DNA from: Octopus sinensis
Lineage: Eukaryota
Reading direction: 5' to 3'
DNA length: 64,000 bases
Assembly (NCBI RefSeq): GCF_006345805.1
Contig: NC_042997.1
Span: forward strand, 208,382,001 to 208,446,000
Shown here: positions 13,497 to 26,109 of the stretch, in pieces
Position numbering within the stretch: position 1 is the stretch's first letter
Layout of the letters: each line of letters begins with the position of its first letter
Program-made: the position numbers and the translations under genes
The notes under the pieces: model-generated
What the model was told of the DNA's origin: nothing
What the model saw: only the letters and a program-made list of their open reading frames with translations
The model's database searches: none

Positions 13497-14925
13497 TTAT
13501 TGAGGAATTTCCTTGTTAGCAATTTCAGGAAAGATCCTGGCCAGTTCTTTGAAACTGATCGCCGAGATCCTTCCAGAGACGCCAGCTAGATTCAGAGCGT
13601 CGTGCGGAACGACAGATATGGCTTCCGCCATGAGACAACTGCAAGAGAAGTGCTGTGGAGAGTTCCAACGTTTGTACATGGCATTTATTGATCTTCGACT
13701 CAGTTTCCAGAGAACTCCCGTGGGGCATCTTATCCATCTACGGATAGATACATTCGGATCATTCGGCTTCTCCATGACAACATGCATGCGAGGGTCCTAG
13801 TGAATAATACTTTTCACCGTTTTCATTGCCACCAACATTGACATCATCAAAGGTGGTTTCCCCCCCCAGGAGTTCAAATTATTTATCGAACCGATGGCAA
13901 GCTTTTCAATTTTTCCCGTCAGAGATCCAAACCAATGCATACGCCAACAGCGAGCTTCAATATGTTGATGACAACAGCTTTGTATTACACTCCGAAGAAA
14001 ATTTGCAACAGATTCTCAATGCCTTCAATTAAGGTTATTGAAGCTTAGAGCTCACCACTAATTGCAAGAGGACACAAGTCATCTTCCAGCCATCACCGGT
14101 CGAAGCAAACAGTGGGCAAGAAACCACTGGAATCGGGGGCGCAGTCTTAGGATATGTGAATCATTTTCTGTATCCGAGAAACTGTCTCTCTTCCAATGCT
14201 AAACATCGATGACGAAATTCAGCATGAACTCAAAAGTGCTGGTGCTGCCTTGAGCCGTTTCCGAACGGAGTGTTCCAGGATAGAGACATTCGAACTGAAA
14301 CAAAAATGATGATTACTAAGCAATGGTCATCCCCACTACGTTCCTAAACGCATCCGAGACCCGGGTTACGTACAGAAGACACATAAAAGCTCTCGAGAGG
14401 TGCCTTCGAAGCATTTTCAACGTCAGCTGAGAAGAAGGAACAAATATCAGTGTGTTGGAAGAAGCCAACGTGGCCTCCATCGAAGCTGTTTCTGGATGGA
14501 CTGATCACGTTGTCCGGATGAAAAACGACCGCCTACCGAAGCAGCTTCTCTGCTTCCATCGAAAAGAAGGAAGAGGAAGAAGTGGAAGGCAAAAGAAATG
14601 ATTCAAAGATGTTCTGAAAGCCAACTTCAAAAAATGTAATATTCACACTGAGAACTGCGAGAGAAATGCTGCGTTGGGGATGGAGAACACTGGAGATGCA
14701 TCGTAAAAGAAGGACCCACAACTTGTGAGACCAGTAGGACTGTCGAGCAAGAAGGTGCACAAAGAAGATAGACCCAGAAGGGAGGTTCCACGAGGAACAA
14801 AAGGCCGCATTTGTGGAACTTCCCAGCAAGAAGGGAACTTCATCAGCCACTTCAGAATCCATCAGTGACTCCATAGAATAAAGAAAGACCCTAACCGTCG
14901 AGCTCGAGGGATAGTCACGACGACG
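13497..14925 (+). mobile_element. 5'-truncated RTE-clade (BovB-like) LINE, decayed RT to 3' end
   Basis: RGISLLAISGKILA; GTTDMASAMRQLQEKC...LYMAFIDL; ELQYVDDN..LHSEENLQQILNAF; DRLPKQLL; many stops and frameshifts. Confidence 0.85.
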
Positions 14926-15995
14926 TGGTGTGCATGTGTGTGCGCGTGTGTGTGTGTATGTGTGCGTGTATGTGTATGCCTGCGTTTACGTATGTGTGTG
15001 CATGTGTGTATATGTGTTTGTGTGCGTGTGTGGATGTGTGCGTGCACGTGTGTGTGTATGCGCGAGTGCATGTGTGTGTGTGTATGTGTATATGCATGTG
15101 TGTGTATATGTGTTTGTGTGTGCGTGCGTGCGTGTGTGTGTAGCGGTGAGCGGAGAGATTTCTCAACTGAAATTCAGTTACCGCCCAATACTTATGCAGT
15201 CATCCCACCGTCTGCTGTCCTGTCCTCGGTGTTTCCTTGGTCAAGTGGAGTGCATCAGTGGCGCCTTCTCGCGGCTAAACAGGCACCATAAGCAATTAAT
15301 GAAAGCACGGTACATTCCGCTAAATCATACTCGCTCGCGAGTGACGACTAAACGTGCGACGTCGCCAAAATTTGTGTCTTTGGGTCTGCTTCTGTCACAT
15401 CCCTGACAAAACCTGACGAAAATAGTTCATTCCCTTATCGTTACCGTCTTTTTTTCTTTCTTCCTCCTAATTGCAAGTGCGAGGTGTCAAGCGAATCTGT
15501 TTTAAGATCTGAAAACTAATTAGTCACGGCATAATTACAAAGAAGCCGTCTCCTGTTTCATTGTGGATCCCTTAAGAAACGGCCGCTGACTAAATTTCAC
15601 TTTAATCACGTGATCTGTCCTGATCCCTTATCTTAAGCTTTTCATTGGTTGACTTCGATCGAACAGCAACCATTTTCCTAGCACCATTATCTCGGCTAGA
15701 AAGATCAGAGGTCACCGGAAGTTGTCATTTAATTAAAAATCTAATCACTCACCAATCACGTATTGAATTATTAATTCCCTATTGAACTATAGATAACTCT
15801 ACACTGCTGTGATTCCAGCAGAGCACTTTTCAAGTTCGAACTCAGCTGCCGCTTCCTCTTTACCATTATTCTTCCATTCTATGATTCTTGTGTTCTACTT
15901 TAATATTCCATCTTCCTCACTTTCAGTTGGCTCCAAAAGCAAATAATATGTAAGCATTTACCATTTTTCATGCTGTTAGATCGTTGTTGTTGTTG

Positions 15996-16055
<60 letters not shown>

Positions 16056-16329
16056 CATCATCATCATAATCATCATCATCATTATCATCTTTCAAATTTG
16101 TTTCCATTTCTTGCCGAGTGTCTTCCTGACATCTAGGGCAGAGAAACTCACTGTATACATTGGTAGACCATTAAAACAAACACACCAAATTGTTCATTTA
16201 CAAAATCATGAGATAGAGAAAAAGGGGAAGAAAGGCAGAGGGGAAAAGTAAAAAAAATAAAGAATAAAAAAGTAAACAGAGAAAATAAAGAGGGAGAAAA
16301 TGGAAAAAAAATTCACAGCAACAATGCTC

Positions 16330-17135
16330 TTCTCAATACGTGCAACCATTTACCAGTTAAGACAATCTTTAGCACTTCCTGTCTGGATGGTAATCCAGGA
16401 TCATTCATAAATAATTTTCAGTTCCTTTTTTGATCATTCCAAGTGCTCCTACAGTCACTGGTATTGTAACCATCTTGAGATGCCACATCTTTTCGATTTC
16501 AATCAGCAGATCTTTATATTTTCTGAGTTTATCAAATTCTTTTGCCGAGATATCATAGTCACAAATTACGCTCACATCAATCAATAAACAGACTTTATTG
16601 TTTTGGTCTTGATGGTCACATCTGTACATACTGGGAAGTCCCAAAGAATCGTTACATTTTCTCCCTCTCTAACAGCTTCAGGGTGGTGCTTATACCATTT
16701 GTCAGCACTTCTGATTTTATAATGCCGACATTTTATCGAATGTAGATATTGGCCAACACTGTCATATTTTGATTGATACTCTACAGGTGCTAAATCCTTA
16801 CATCCAGAGATTAGGTGGTCCGTTGTTTCTATCCCATCATTGCAGTATGGAAACTTTGGGACTACACCATGTTTCATCACATTGGCTTGATAGTTCCTGG
16901 TCACTAAGTTCTGATCTGGGGCAACCAAGATAAAGTCTTCTCTCTCTGCCTTTAGCTCTGAGCTCCGTATCCACTGATGGGTGTGCTTCTGGTCTATATC
17001 AGCTTGTTTGCTACGGGCCACATATCTTTGATGCAGAGGTTTTTGTTCCCAACTATCAGCCAATTGTTCAAACACATTTGCTTTGCTAACTTTTTATGCA
17101 GTTGCTTCAGTTCCATCACGCTGTTCAACCTGGGT
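16330..17135 (-). mobile_element. Decayed RLE-type non-LTR retrotransposon (R4/Dong-like), zinc-knuckle + restriction-like endonuclease region
   Basis: ORFs 16581-17075 (KPLHQRY..DQNLVTRNY..ETTDHLISGC..ILWDFP) and 16405-16644 (CLLIDVS..KLRKYKDL..IPVTVGALG). Confidence 0.85.
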
Positions 17136-17239
17136 ATGATTATTATTATTATTATTATTATTACTACGTGTGTGTGCTTGTGTGTGTGCTTGTGTGTGTG
17201 CGTGTGTCTGTACGTTTGTGTGACACATACACATGTATG

Positions 17240-17355
<116 letters not shown>

Positions 17356-17380
17356 GTATATGTAGTATATATATATATAT

Positions 17381-17890
17381 ATAAATGAAAGAATGGAGTC
17401 GAACGACGATTTAACAAAATTCCTTTATTCTCGACATATGTTTCGAAGACTGCATATTCTTAATTCCGAAGGAATCCATCCACCCAATTTTGACGTCACT
17501 GCTTGTAACGGAATATTTTTAAGAAACACTCATTATTACTATGGACTCCGTGTGGGCAGTCATCTAAAAGTTTTTGTTCGTCATGATGCTGACATAAGTT
17601 CCTTGTCTTTCCTGATGAGAAGACGGCATAATGCACCCTTTATTCCTTCGGAATTAAGAATATGCAGTCTTCGAAACATGTGTCGAGAATAAAGGAATTT
17701 TGTTAAATCGTCGTTCGACTCCATTCTTTCATTTATCTATAGTAAAAAAACACACAAATTTCCACACGAAAGCACGTGATTTCTGCCCTTGGCATGTAGC
17801 TTCAACCGTGCTTTCTGACGTAAATTTGCTACCCGGGTATCGGTTAACCGAATTATCCATACTAGGATAATTCATTCAACTACTTAAACA
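17381..17890 (+). mobile_element. PLE-type non-coding element with ~95-bp inverted arms, inserted in (TA)n
   Basis: 17381-17475 is the reverse complement of ~17642-17736; contains an HHR; (TA)n on both sides. Confidence 0.7.
17599..17697 (+). ncRNA. Type I hammerhead ribozyme motif
   Basis: CTGATGA 17612-18; stem II GAAGAC/GTCTTC; GAAA-CATGTG-TC (inverted arm has palindromic CATATG); stem I ttcctt..tttc / gaga..aaggaa. Confidence 0.75.
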
Positions 17891-17910
17891 TATATATATA
17901 TATATATAAT

Positions 17911-17950
<40 letters not shown>

Positions 17951-17956
<6 letters not shown>

Positions 17957-19000
17957 GTAGAAAAATACAACATGGACAAGAACGTATAACTCTTAGAAGA
18001 CGACACAATAAACACGGACAGACACTCGAAACCTCAGTCTTCAGTCAAGAACCGGATCATCGTAGTAATTTCGGCTGATTAATCTTGAGATTACTAGATC
18101 ACGGCCAGCCCTCCAAGAAAAACTAAGCAACGAGCATTAGAAAAACTAAGCTGGAAGCGTAGATTTCCTGGAAGAAGGATCGAATGCATACGAACACCAG
18201 GACAGCAAAAGGGACAGATATAAAAAAAACAAAAAACAATAATGGAATACAGAAACATGAATACAGAAGCATTAACGGTGAAAACAACAAGTGTCTTACG
18301 ACTGATAACAAGCAAACAAATTTTTTCTCTGGCGCATTGGAAGAAGCCTTTATAGCGGCGGACGAAAAACAACGATGTTAACACGACGAGGGTCAGGAGC
18401 TGAAAGGCAGATTTCGGCCAACAGTCACGTGACAGAGAAGAGGGAAAAGAAAAGAAGAGAAGCAAAGGAAGAGAGAGAGAGAGGAGGGACAAACGCAACA
18501 AAGAGAGAGAAGAGAGAGAAAGAAGGAATCAGAGAGGAGAAGGGATGGGTGTCGAAGAATGACCTGTGAGTGCAGAGCGAGACAAAGAAATAGGAGGGTA
18601 GTGGAAGACTAGACCAAGAATCAGAGGAAAGAGAAGGGAAAAAGAGGATGAGTAGAGAGAAAAGAGAGAGAGGGGGACAGATCAAGTAAAAATGAGAGAG
18701 AGAGAGACAAACAGAGAGTCGTACCAATTATTAAGAATATGTGCTCACATTAATGATAAGGGGGTACGGGGCGCCTGGAATATATGTTAAGGTATGTAGA
18801 AAAATACAACATGGACAAGAACGTATAACTCTTAGAAGACGACACAATAAACACGGACAGACACTCGAAACCCTCAGTCTTCAGTCAAGAACCGGATCAT
18901 CGTAGTAATTTCGGCTGATTAATCTTGAGATTACTAGATCACGGCCAGCCCTCCAAGAAAAACTAAGCAACGAGCATTAGAAAAACTAAGCTGAAGCGTA
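17951..19000. mobile_element. Non-coding element with ~210-bp near-identical terminal direct repeats (period 839 bp), inside (TA)n
   Basis: 17951-18161 matches 18790-19000; relatives at 37675-37990, 40073-40260 (inverted) and 46490-46615. Confidence 0.75.
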
Positions 19001-19058
19001 TATATATATATAATATATTATATTATATATATATATATATACATATATATACATATAT

Positions 19059-19098
<40 letters not shown>

Positions 19099-19159
19099 AC
19101 ACATATATATATATTATTTGCAGGATCCAATCGAATCTGGGTATTTTAATAATTCTTTC

Positions 19160-19522
19160 TTCTATATGCACAAGACCTGAAATTTGGTTGAGGGGGATAA
19201 TCAATTACATTGACCCCAGTATTCAACTGATACTTATTTTATCGACCCCGAACGGATCAAAGGCAAAGTCGATCTGGGAAGAATTGAAACTCAGAACGTA
19301 AAGACGGACGAAATTCCGCTAAGCAATTTAACTGGCGTGCTAACGATTCTTCCAGCTCGTCACCTTTGAGGTATTTTTATAACCCTTTCTGCAAAAGGCA
19401 CAGGGCCTGAAATTTGGGGGAGAGGACTAGTCGAATACATCGACCTCCAGGACGCAACTGGTACTTAATTTATCGATCCCCGAAAGGATGAAAGGCAAAG
19501 TCGACCTCGGCGGAATTTGAAT
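19160..19522 (-). mobile_element. Two tandem Meta-SINE-type copies (family B)
   Basis: ttatcga(t)cccc gaa..gaaaggcaaagtcga motif occurs twice. Confidence 0.8.
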
Positions 19523-19908
19523 TCCCAGGGATTTTAATAATGACACCAAGATAGAGTCAAGGACAGCTCCCTCGTGTATCAACAGGGTGTAGGGAAACTC
19601 CCGTTGTTACTGAAGCATATACGGATCTGTCCTTCCGGTTTTGCATACATTCACCAGAAACGTTCAACGTAAAATCACACAAGAATATACTTCGGCATGC
19701 AGTCCATGTTCCACAGTAGGCTCAAGAGCCAACACACGGAAGGTCCCAGGTGAGGTGTAGTATAAGTTACAACACAGGTGGGCTGAGGTTTACTACGGCT
19801 TTTTCAGGCATGTTCTTTCTTGACGAACAAATCAATGACATCATTCTAAAGAAAAAGTTTTCTCCAGGTGAATTAAAATTTTGTATAAAATTTGACATTT
19901 AGGACTTT

Positions 19909-20322
19909 AAAGTGATAGCATGTTGTCAACTTAATGTGACAGTCCCATAAAAGGGAAGAATGCTACTGTTATTTAGCCCTAGGAGACACTGTTTCCTGTT
20001 GGACTTGACTCATTTTCTGTGTCCTTATGTTCAGACAGGGGGAGATAAGCACCTCCACCCAGCAAAGCCAGTAACCAGAGACTAGTTTCAGAGTCATTGC
20101 TCTTCATCAGTCTGGAGTAGCATGGCTTGCCAGATGTCGATGCCTATCCGCTTTTGAAAACATATTTCAAGTGAAATACATTCACTGATTTTTGAAAATA
20201 GAAATAATGTATTTTTAAATCTCATAAGGACACAGGAGATGGCGCTTCCTAGGGCTAAATAACAGTAACATTCTTCCGTTTTATGGGACTGTCACATTAA
20301 GTTGACAACATACTATCACTTT
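19909..20322. mobile_element. Element with ~90-bp inverted arms enclosing an HHR
   Basis: aaagtgatagcatgttgtcaacttaatgtgacagtccc... versus ...gggactgtcacattaagttgacaacatactatcacttt. Confidence 0.8.
20067..20126 (-). ncRNA. Minimal type I hammerhead ribozyme motif, canonical core
   Basis: Minus strand: CCAGA-CTGATGA-AGAG caatga CTCT-GAAA-CTAG-TC-TCTGG; palindromic ACTAGT helix III; GUC site. Confidence 0.85.
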
Positions 20323-20742
20323 ATCGTGCTGCTACTGCATAAATCTCTCTGAGAGATTTAGAAATGTATTATTTCTATTTAGGACTTTGTTCGGGTTTTT
20401 CTCAAAAAGCGTGTATGCGATTGCACATGCAACCCAGCATAGTCTTCTGTGCACCTTCATCCTGGGTCCTTCAGCAAGCGTGGCTCGAAGTGGTTTATTT
20501 ACTTGTGACTAGTTTAAGATAATAAATGAAGTAATGGTGGGTATGTTGAAATCCGATATGGGTATAAAGTTTATAATTGTTTGAAATCTACACTCCTGAT
20601 AATCTTCATAATCCAAGGAAGAAATCCTGGATTTACCCATCGGAAGAATTACAGCCAGATCGCTAATACTTAGAGACCATTGACGCTTAGTGCTTCTTGA
20701 TCCTGTTAGCCGTAACCGGAACTATACCTGAAAACTACCAAG

Positions 20743-20774
<32 letters not shown>

Positions 20775-20780
20775 ATGCGC

Positions 20781-20840
<60 letters not shown>

Positions 20841-20842
<2 letters not shown>

Positions 20843-21320
20843 ATAAGATCTGGTCATCAAATCTAAGTAGAGACTTCAAACTTAAAATCTTCAAAGCCAC
20901 AGTCGAACCAATTCTAGTATATGGCTCAGAAACCTGGACATTATCAAAGAAGCTTGAGAGGCAGTTGGATGGAACCTACACCTGCCTCCTTATGAGAGCT
21001 CAAGATATCTCGTGGAAGCGTCATCCAACCAAAGTACAAATATATGGGAAACTACCACCCCTGTGTCTCTCTTATGAAAGTTAGAAGAGTCCAGTTTGCT
21101 GGACATTGTGTAGAGAGCTGAAACGCGGGTAATTTCTACTCTTCTCTCCTCTGGAAGCCATCTGCTCGTGATACCAGAGGTACACACTCTCCTACCCTTA
21201 TGTAATCTCCAGGGATACAGGAATCCAGCAACAGGACCTCAGTAATGCTATGATGGACCGTGAGGTCTGGCGTAACATAGTAAATTCCATTGTCTCGACC
21301 ACGGTCGAACAATGATGAAT
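20841..21320 (+). mobile_element. 3' end of an RTE-like LINE
   Basis: KIWSSNLSRDFKLKIFKATVEPILVYGSETWTL..VQFAGHC..MMDREVWRNIVNSIVSTTVEQ*, then a tga tail; second copy at 41882. Confidence 0.85.
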
Positions 21321-21471
21321 GATGTGTGCGTGTGTAAAGGTAAGATCCAAGGATCAAGGTGTAGGAAATTAGTGAGCCTTATGTATTCCGGAGAAGGATA
21401 AATTGAAAAGAAAAGGTTATTTTCTAGTTCACGGTTAGCAACAGTGGTTGCTGTATATGAGAATATATATC

Positions 21472-21606
21472 TACAAATTTAGGGAATGGAGAAGATAATA
21501 AAATGCAAGCTACATATGTTTCGTAGCTAGCGTAACCTCGGAAGTAGTTCTGCCAGCTATGAAACATATGTAGTCTGCATTGGATCTACTTCATTCCTTA
21601 AATTTT
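21472..21606. repeat. Imperfect palindrome carrying HHR 3' halves (GAAACATATGTA) on both strands
   Basis: ctacatatgtttcgtagct ... agctatgaaacatatgtag. Confidence 0.7.
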
Positions 21607-21618
21607 TGGATGTATGTA

Positions 21619-22167
21619 CGAGGGTGAGTGAAAAAGTTATGTCATTATGATTAGGACAGGTATAATTACCAGCACAGGAACATGTATCATACATCAAAAT
21701 GAAGCTGGTCCTCTGTGGATCACATCCCTACTTCTCAACATAGTCACCATTTCTCTCAATAGCAAAGTTCCACCTTTGAATGAGAGCATGTATCCCTGCC
21801 CCGTAAAATTCTGTTGACTGTTCTTTGAGCCACTTCTTCACAACAGTTTTCACTTCCTCGTCACTGGAATAATGTTTACCTCTCAAACCCTCTTTCATGG
21901 CGCCGAAGAGATGATAGTCCAGTGATGAGGAAGTGAAAACTGTAGTGAAGAAGTGGCTCAAAGAACAGTCAACAGAATTTTACGGGGCAGGGATACATGT
22001 TCTCATTCGAAGGTGGAACATTGCTATTGAGAGAAACGGTGACTATGTTGAGAAGTAGGGATGTGATCCACAGAGGACCAGCTTCATTTTGATGTATGAT
22101 ACATGTTCCTGTGCTGGTAATTATACCTGTCCTAAACAAAATGGCATTACTTTTTGACTCACCTTCG
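21619..22167. mobile_element. Mariner-derived foldback MITE (inverted dimer of the transposon 3' end), TA TSD
   Basis: TA|cgagggtgagt...actcaccttcg|TA; both arms encode the mariner C-terminus (DYHLF..LRGKHY..GIHALIQRW...NGDYVEK). Confidence 0.9.
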
Positions 22168-22197
22168 TACATATACATATGTGAATAAACCACCTTT

Positions 22198-22249
<52 letters not shown>

Positions 22250-22496
22250 GATGGCTCGGGGTTCTGCACACTAGCACGAGTGTTGGAGCCGTGATGGTTG
22301 TTATGAAACTATGTTGAACATAAGAGAGGCGTGTGGAACATTGCTGGATATACAAACACAGAAGATAAATGCAGGCATATAGATTGCATGTTCGCTCATA
22401 CAGCATCGCTGCATACATGCATATAAATGCATGTATACATATACAATATATGTATATATAATATACACACAATATATATCTACACACCCATATAAG

Positions 22497-22527
<31 letters not shown>

Positions 22528-23082
22528 CATATGCTTATATATATCTATATACATATATATATATAAGCATATATATATATATATATATATATATATGGAT
22601 ATGTATGTATATATATGTATATATATGTATATATATACGGAGAGAGGGAAAGAGAGAGAAAGAGAACGAATAAATTATAGACGGTCTACACTTTGCAATC
22701 TATCTATGCTATACGTATACACACACACACAACACACACACACACACAACACACACACACACATATATCTATATATATATAGTATATATATATATTATAG
22801 ATTTAACGCACTCGCTTGCATGTGCGTGTCTTAATAGAGAAAAAGATTCGAGAGAGAGAGAGAGGGAGAAAAAGAGGAGAGGAAGACAAAGAGAGGAAAA
22901 CTGATAAATCTACACAATTATATGTAAACATCGCGGTTATTTACAGATTGATGCACCCAGCGGACATAAACAGATACGTATATATATATATATACATACA
23001 TACCTACAGAAGTATATATATATGTACGCGCGTGTGTGTTTGTGTGCGCGTATGTATATGCACATATACATACACATATACA

Positions 23083-23201
<119 letters not shown>

Positions 23202-23207
23202 ATATAA

Positions 23208-23243
<36 letters not shown>

Positions 23244-23500
23244 TACATATATATATATATAATTGGTTTATATGTAAAATATGCATGTGTGTATATTATG
23301 TATGTATGTCTGTCTAAAATAACCATATATGTATGTGCGTTTGTGTGTGTGTGTGATTTAAGGAAAACTTATTTCGTGCAAACATCAATTTTTACCCCAA
23401 CCACACACACACACACACTTAATCTCTCTCCCAACTTAACATTTCTTTTAATCATTTCAACTTTGATTCCACAACCAAGTTCTATTAATCACAGCAAAGC

Positions 23501-23533
<33 letters not shown>

Positions 23534-23939
23534 CAAGCGGGGAGAGGAGGCGAGGTGGGGTGGGTGGGGTGAAAGGAAGCGATATTCTGATGGTGTTGGT
23601 AGTGGTGGTGGTGGTGGTGGTGGTATCAGCAGCGGGGCCCCCGGATGGTGTGGGGACTCGGGGTGCTTGAGAAATCAATTTAGATTTACCTACAATACGC
23701 TTTGTTCCATACAAAACCATTTCAGATCGCTTCTTCTGATTGGATCTCTCTCTCTCTCTCTCCCTATCCGTTTCTCTCTCTATCTATCTCTCTCTTTCTC
23801 TCTCTCTTTCTCTCTCTCTCTCCCTCTCTCTATCTCTCTCTCTCTCTCTCTCTCTATTTGCATATCAACATTCACCAACGTAGAAAAAGCCATTTCACCG
23901 CCAACTGGTTGTTTGGGTGTATAGAGCATGTAATTGTCG

Positions 23940-24541
23940 ATTATCATCATCATCATCACTACAATCACCATCACCATCATTATCATCATCATCATCATCA
24001 TCATCACTACAATCACCATCACCATCATTATCATCCTCATCACCATCATCATCATCATCATTAACATCATAATAATCATCATCATCATCTTCATCATCAT
24101 CATCACCACCATCATCTTCATCATCCTCATCACCATCATCATCATCATCATCAACGTCATAATAATAATCATCATCATCATCAACATGAACACCATCATC
24201 GTCAGGCTAGCACCGACACCGCCTTTTCATCAGCAACATCATCATCATCATCATCATCGTCGTCATCACCACAACCACTCCCGCCACCATCGTCATTGGT
24301 AGCAGTAGCATCACCACGGTTATCATCATCATCATCCTCATCATCATCCTCATCATTATCATGTTCATACCGAAAAGTATCAATACCTCAATTATTTCCC
24401 ATCATCATCATCATCATCATCATCATCGCAATCATCATCATTATCATCATCATCATCATAATCATCATCATACCATTATCACTAACCTCTTCCTCCTCCT
24501 TCTCCTCCTCCTCGTCATCATCATCATTTATTATTATTGTT

Positions 24542-24606
<65 letters not shown>

Positions 24607-24823
24607 GAAAGTCATTTACTCGTAGAATGCTGTTATTTTTCGTTTTCATTTTCATATTGATTTCTCTTTTTCTTGTTGTTTTTATTCGTGTAGACTCAGC
24701 AATCTCCCTCGTAATTGACAAAACTGTGGGGGCTGGGGGCTGGGGGTGGGGCGATTCGCATCATTATTATTATACTACTATTATTAATATTATTATTATT
24801 ATCATTTTATTATTATTAATATT

Positions 24824-24854
<31 letters not shown>

Positions 24855-24948
24855 TTATTATTATTAATATTATTATTATTATTATTTTTATTATTATTAT
24901 TAATATTATTATTGTTAGTAGTAGTAGTAGTAGTACTAGTATTATTAA

Positions 24949-25005
<57 letters not shown>

Positions 25006-25110
25006 CATCATCATCGTTATTGTGGTTGTCGTTGTTGCTGCAGCTACTGATATTGTCCCTCAGTTTATTATTATGATGATGGTGATGATGACGATGATGA
25101 TGGTGGTGAT
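23940..25110. repeat. Compound trinucleotide tracts (CAT/ATT/CTT/GAT)
   Basis: Visible directly. Confidence 0.9.
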
Positions 25111-25272
25111 TATGTTGTCTTTGCTGTCGCTATTATGTTCGTTATAGTTGTTTTCACAGATAAAAAATATATATATGACTGAAGCGCTTTCCGCCGCCGC
25201 CATCATCTCTCTCACCCACCCACACACACACACACACATACACAGATACAAACACACACAGATGAAGTGGTA

Positions 25273-25306
<34 letters not shown>

Positions 25307-25730
25307 TTGAGGATGAGTGAGGACGGAGGTGTGGCGGGGTGGAGGTTGAGGTTTGTGGTGGGTGGATGGGTGGGGGTTGCTGTCAGCAATCGTTGTGTGG
25401 TGTTCTTATTTCAAGATGGCGGATATTTTAGCTGAGATCTGAAAGATATTTATCAGTCAACAAACGTTTGAACCGAGATCCACTTTGGAGGTCGTTAACA
25501 GACGAATGGCCATACACACACACACATACGCTCACACACATATATATATATGTATATATATATATACACATATATACATATATATATATATATATCTACG
25601 TATAAATGTATCTGTGTATGTATGCACCAATGCTATGAATGTGTATATAAGTGTGTATATATACTATAATTTCTCCCATCATCCACATCATCATTATTTT
25701 TATCGTTTTCGGTATTTTTCTTTACATTGC

Positions 25731-25766
<36 letters not shown>

Positions 25767-25893
25767 ATACATATATATACATATATATATATATAGACGT
25801 AATATATACACGTACGCTTGTATGGCTTTAGGTATGTATATATACACACATAAATATCTGTATATTCATACATGCATACGAATATACATGTCC

Positions 25894-25924
<31 letters not shown>

Positions 25925-26008
25925 CATGTCCATACATACATATATATATATATATATATGCATGCATATATGTATACGCAGAGCGTATTTCAATATATCT
26001 GTTAGTAT

Positions 26009-26108
26009 NNNNNNNNNNNNNNNNNNNNNNNNNNNNNNNNNNNNNNNNNNNNNNNNNNNNNNNNNNNNNNNNNNNNNNNNNNNNNNNNNNNNNNNNNNNN
26101 NNNNNNNN
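26009..26108. other. Assembly gap (100 N)
   Basis: Run of N. Confidence 1.
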
Positions 26109-26109
26109 T

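Noticed and set aside
20593-20640. CTGATAA...GAAATCCTGGATT
   Set aside because: G8 is lost without compensation and stems are unconvincing
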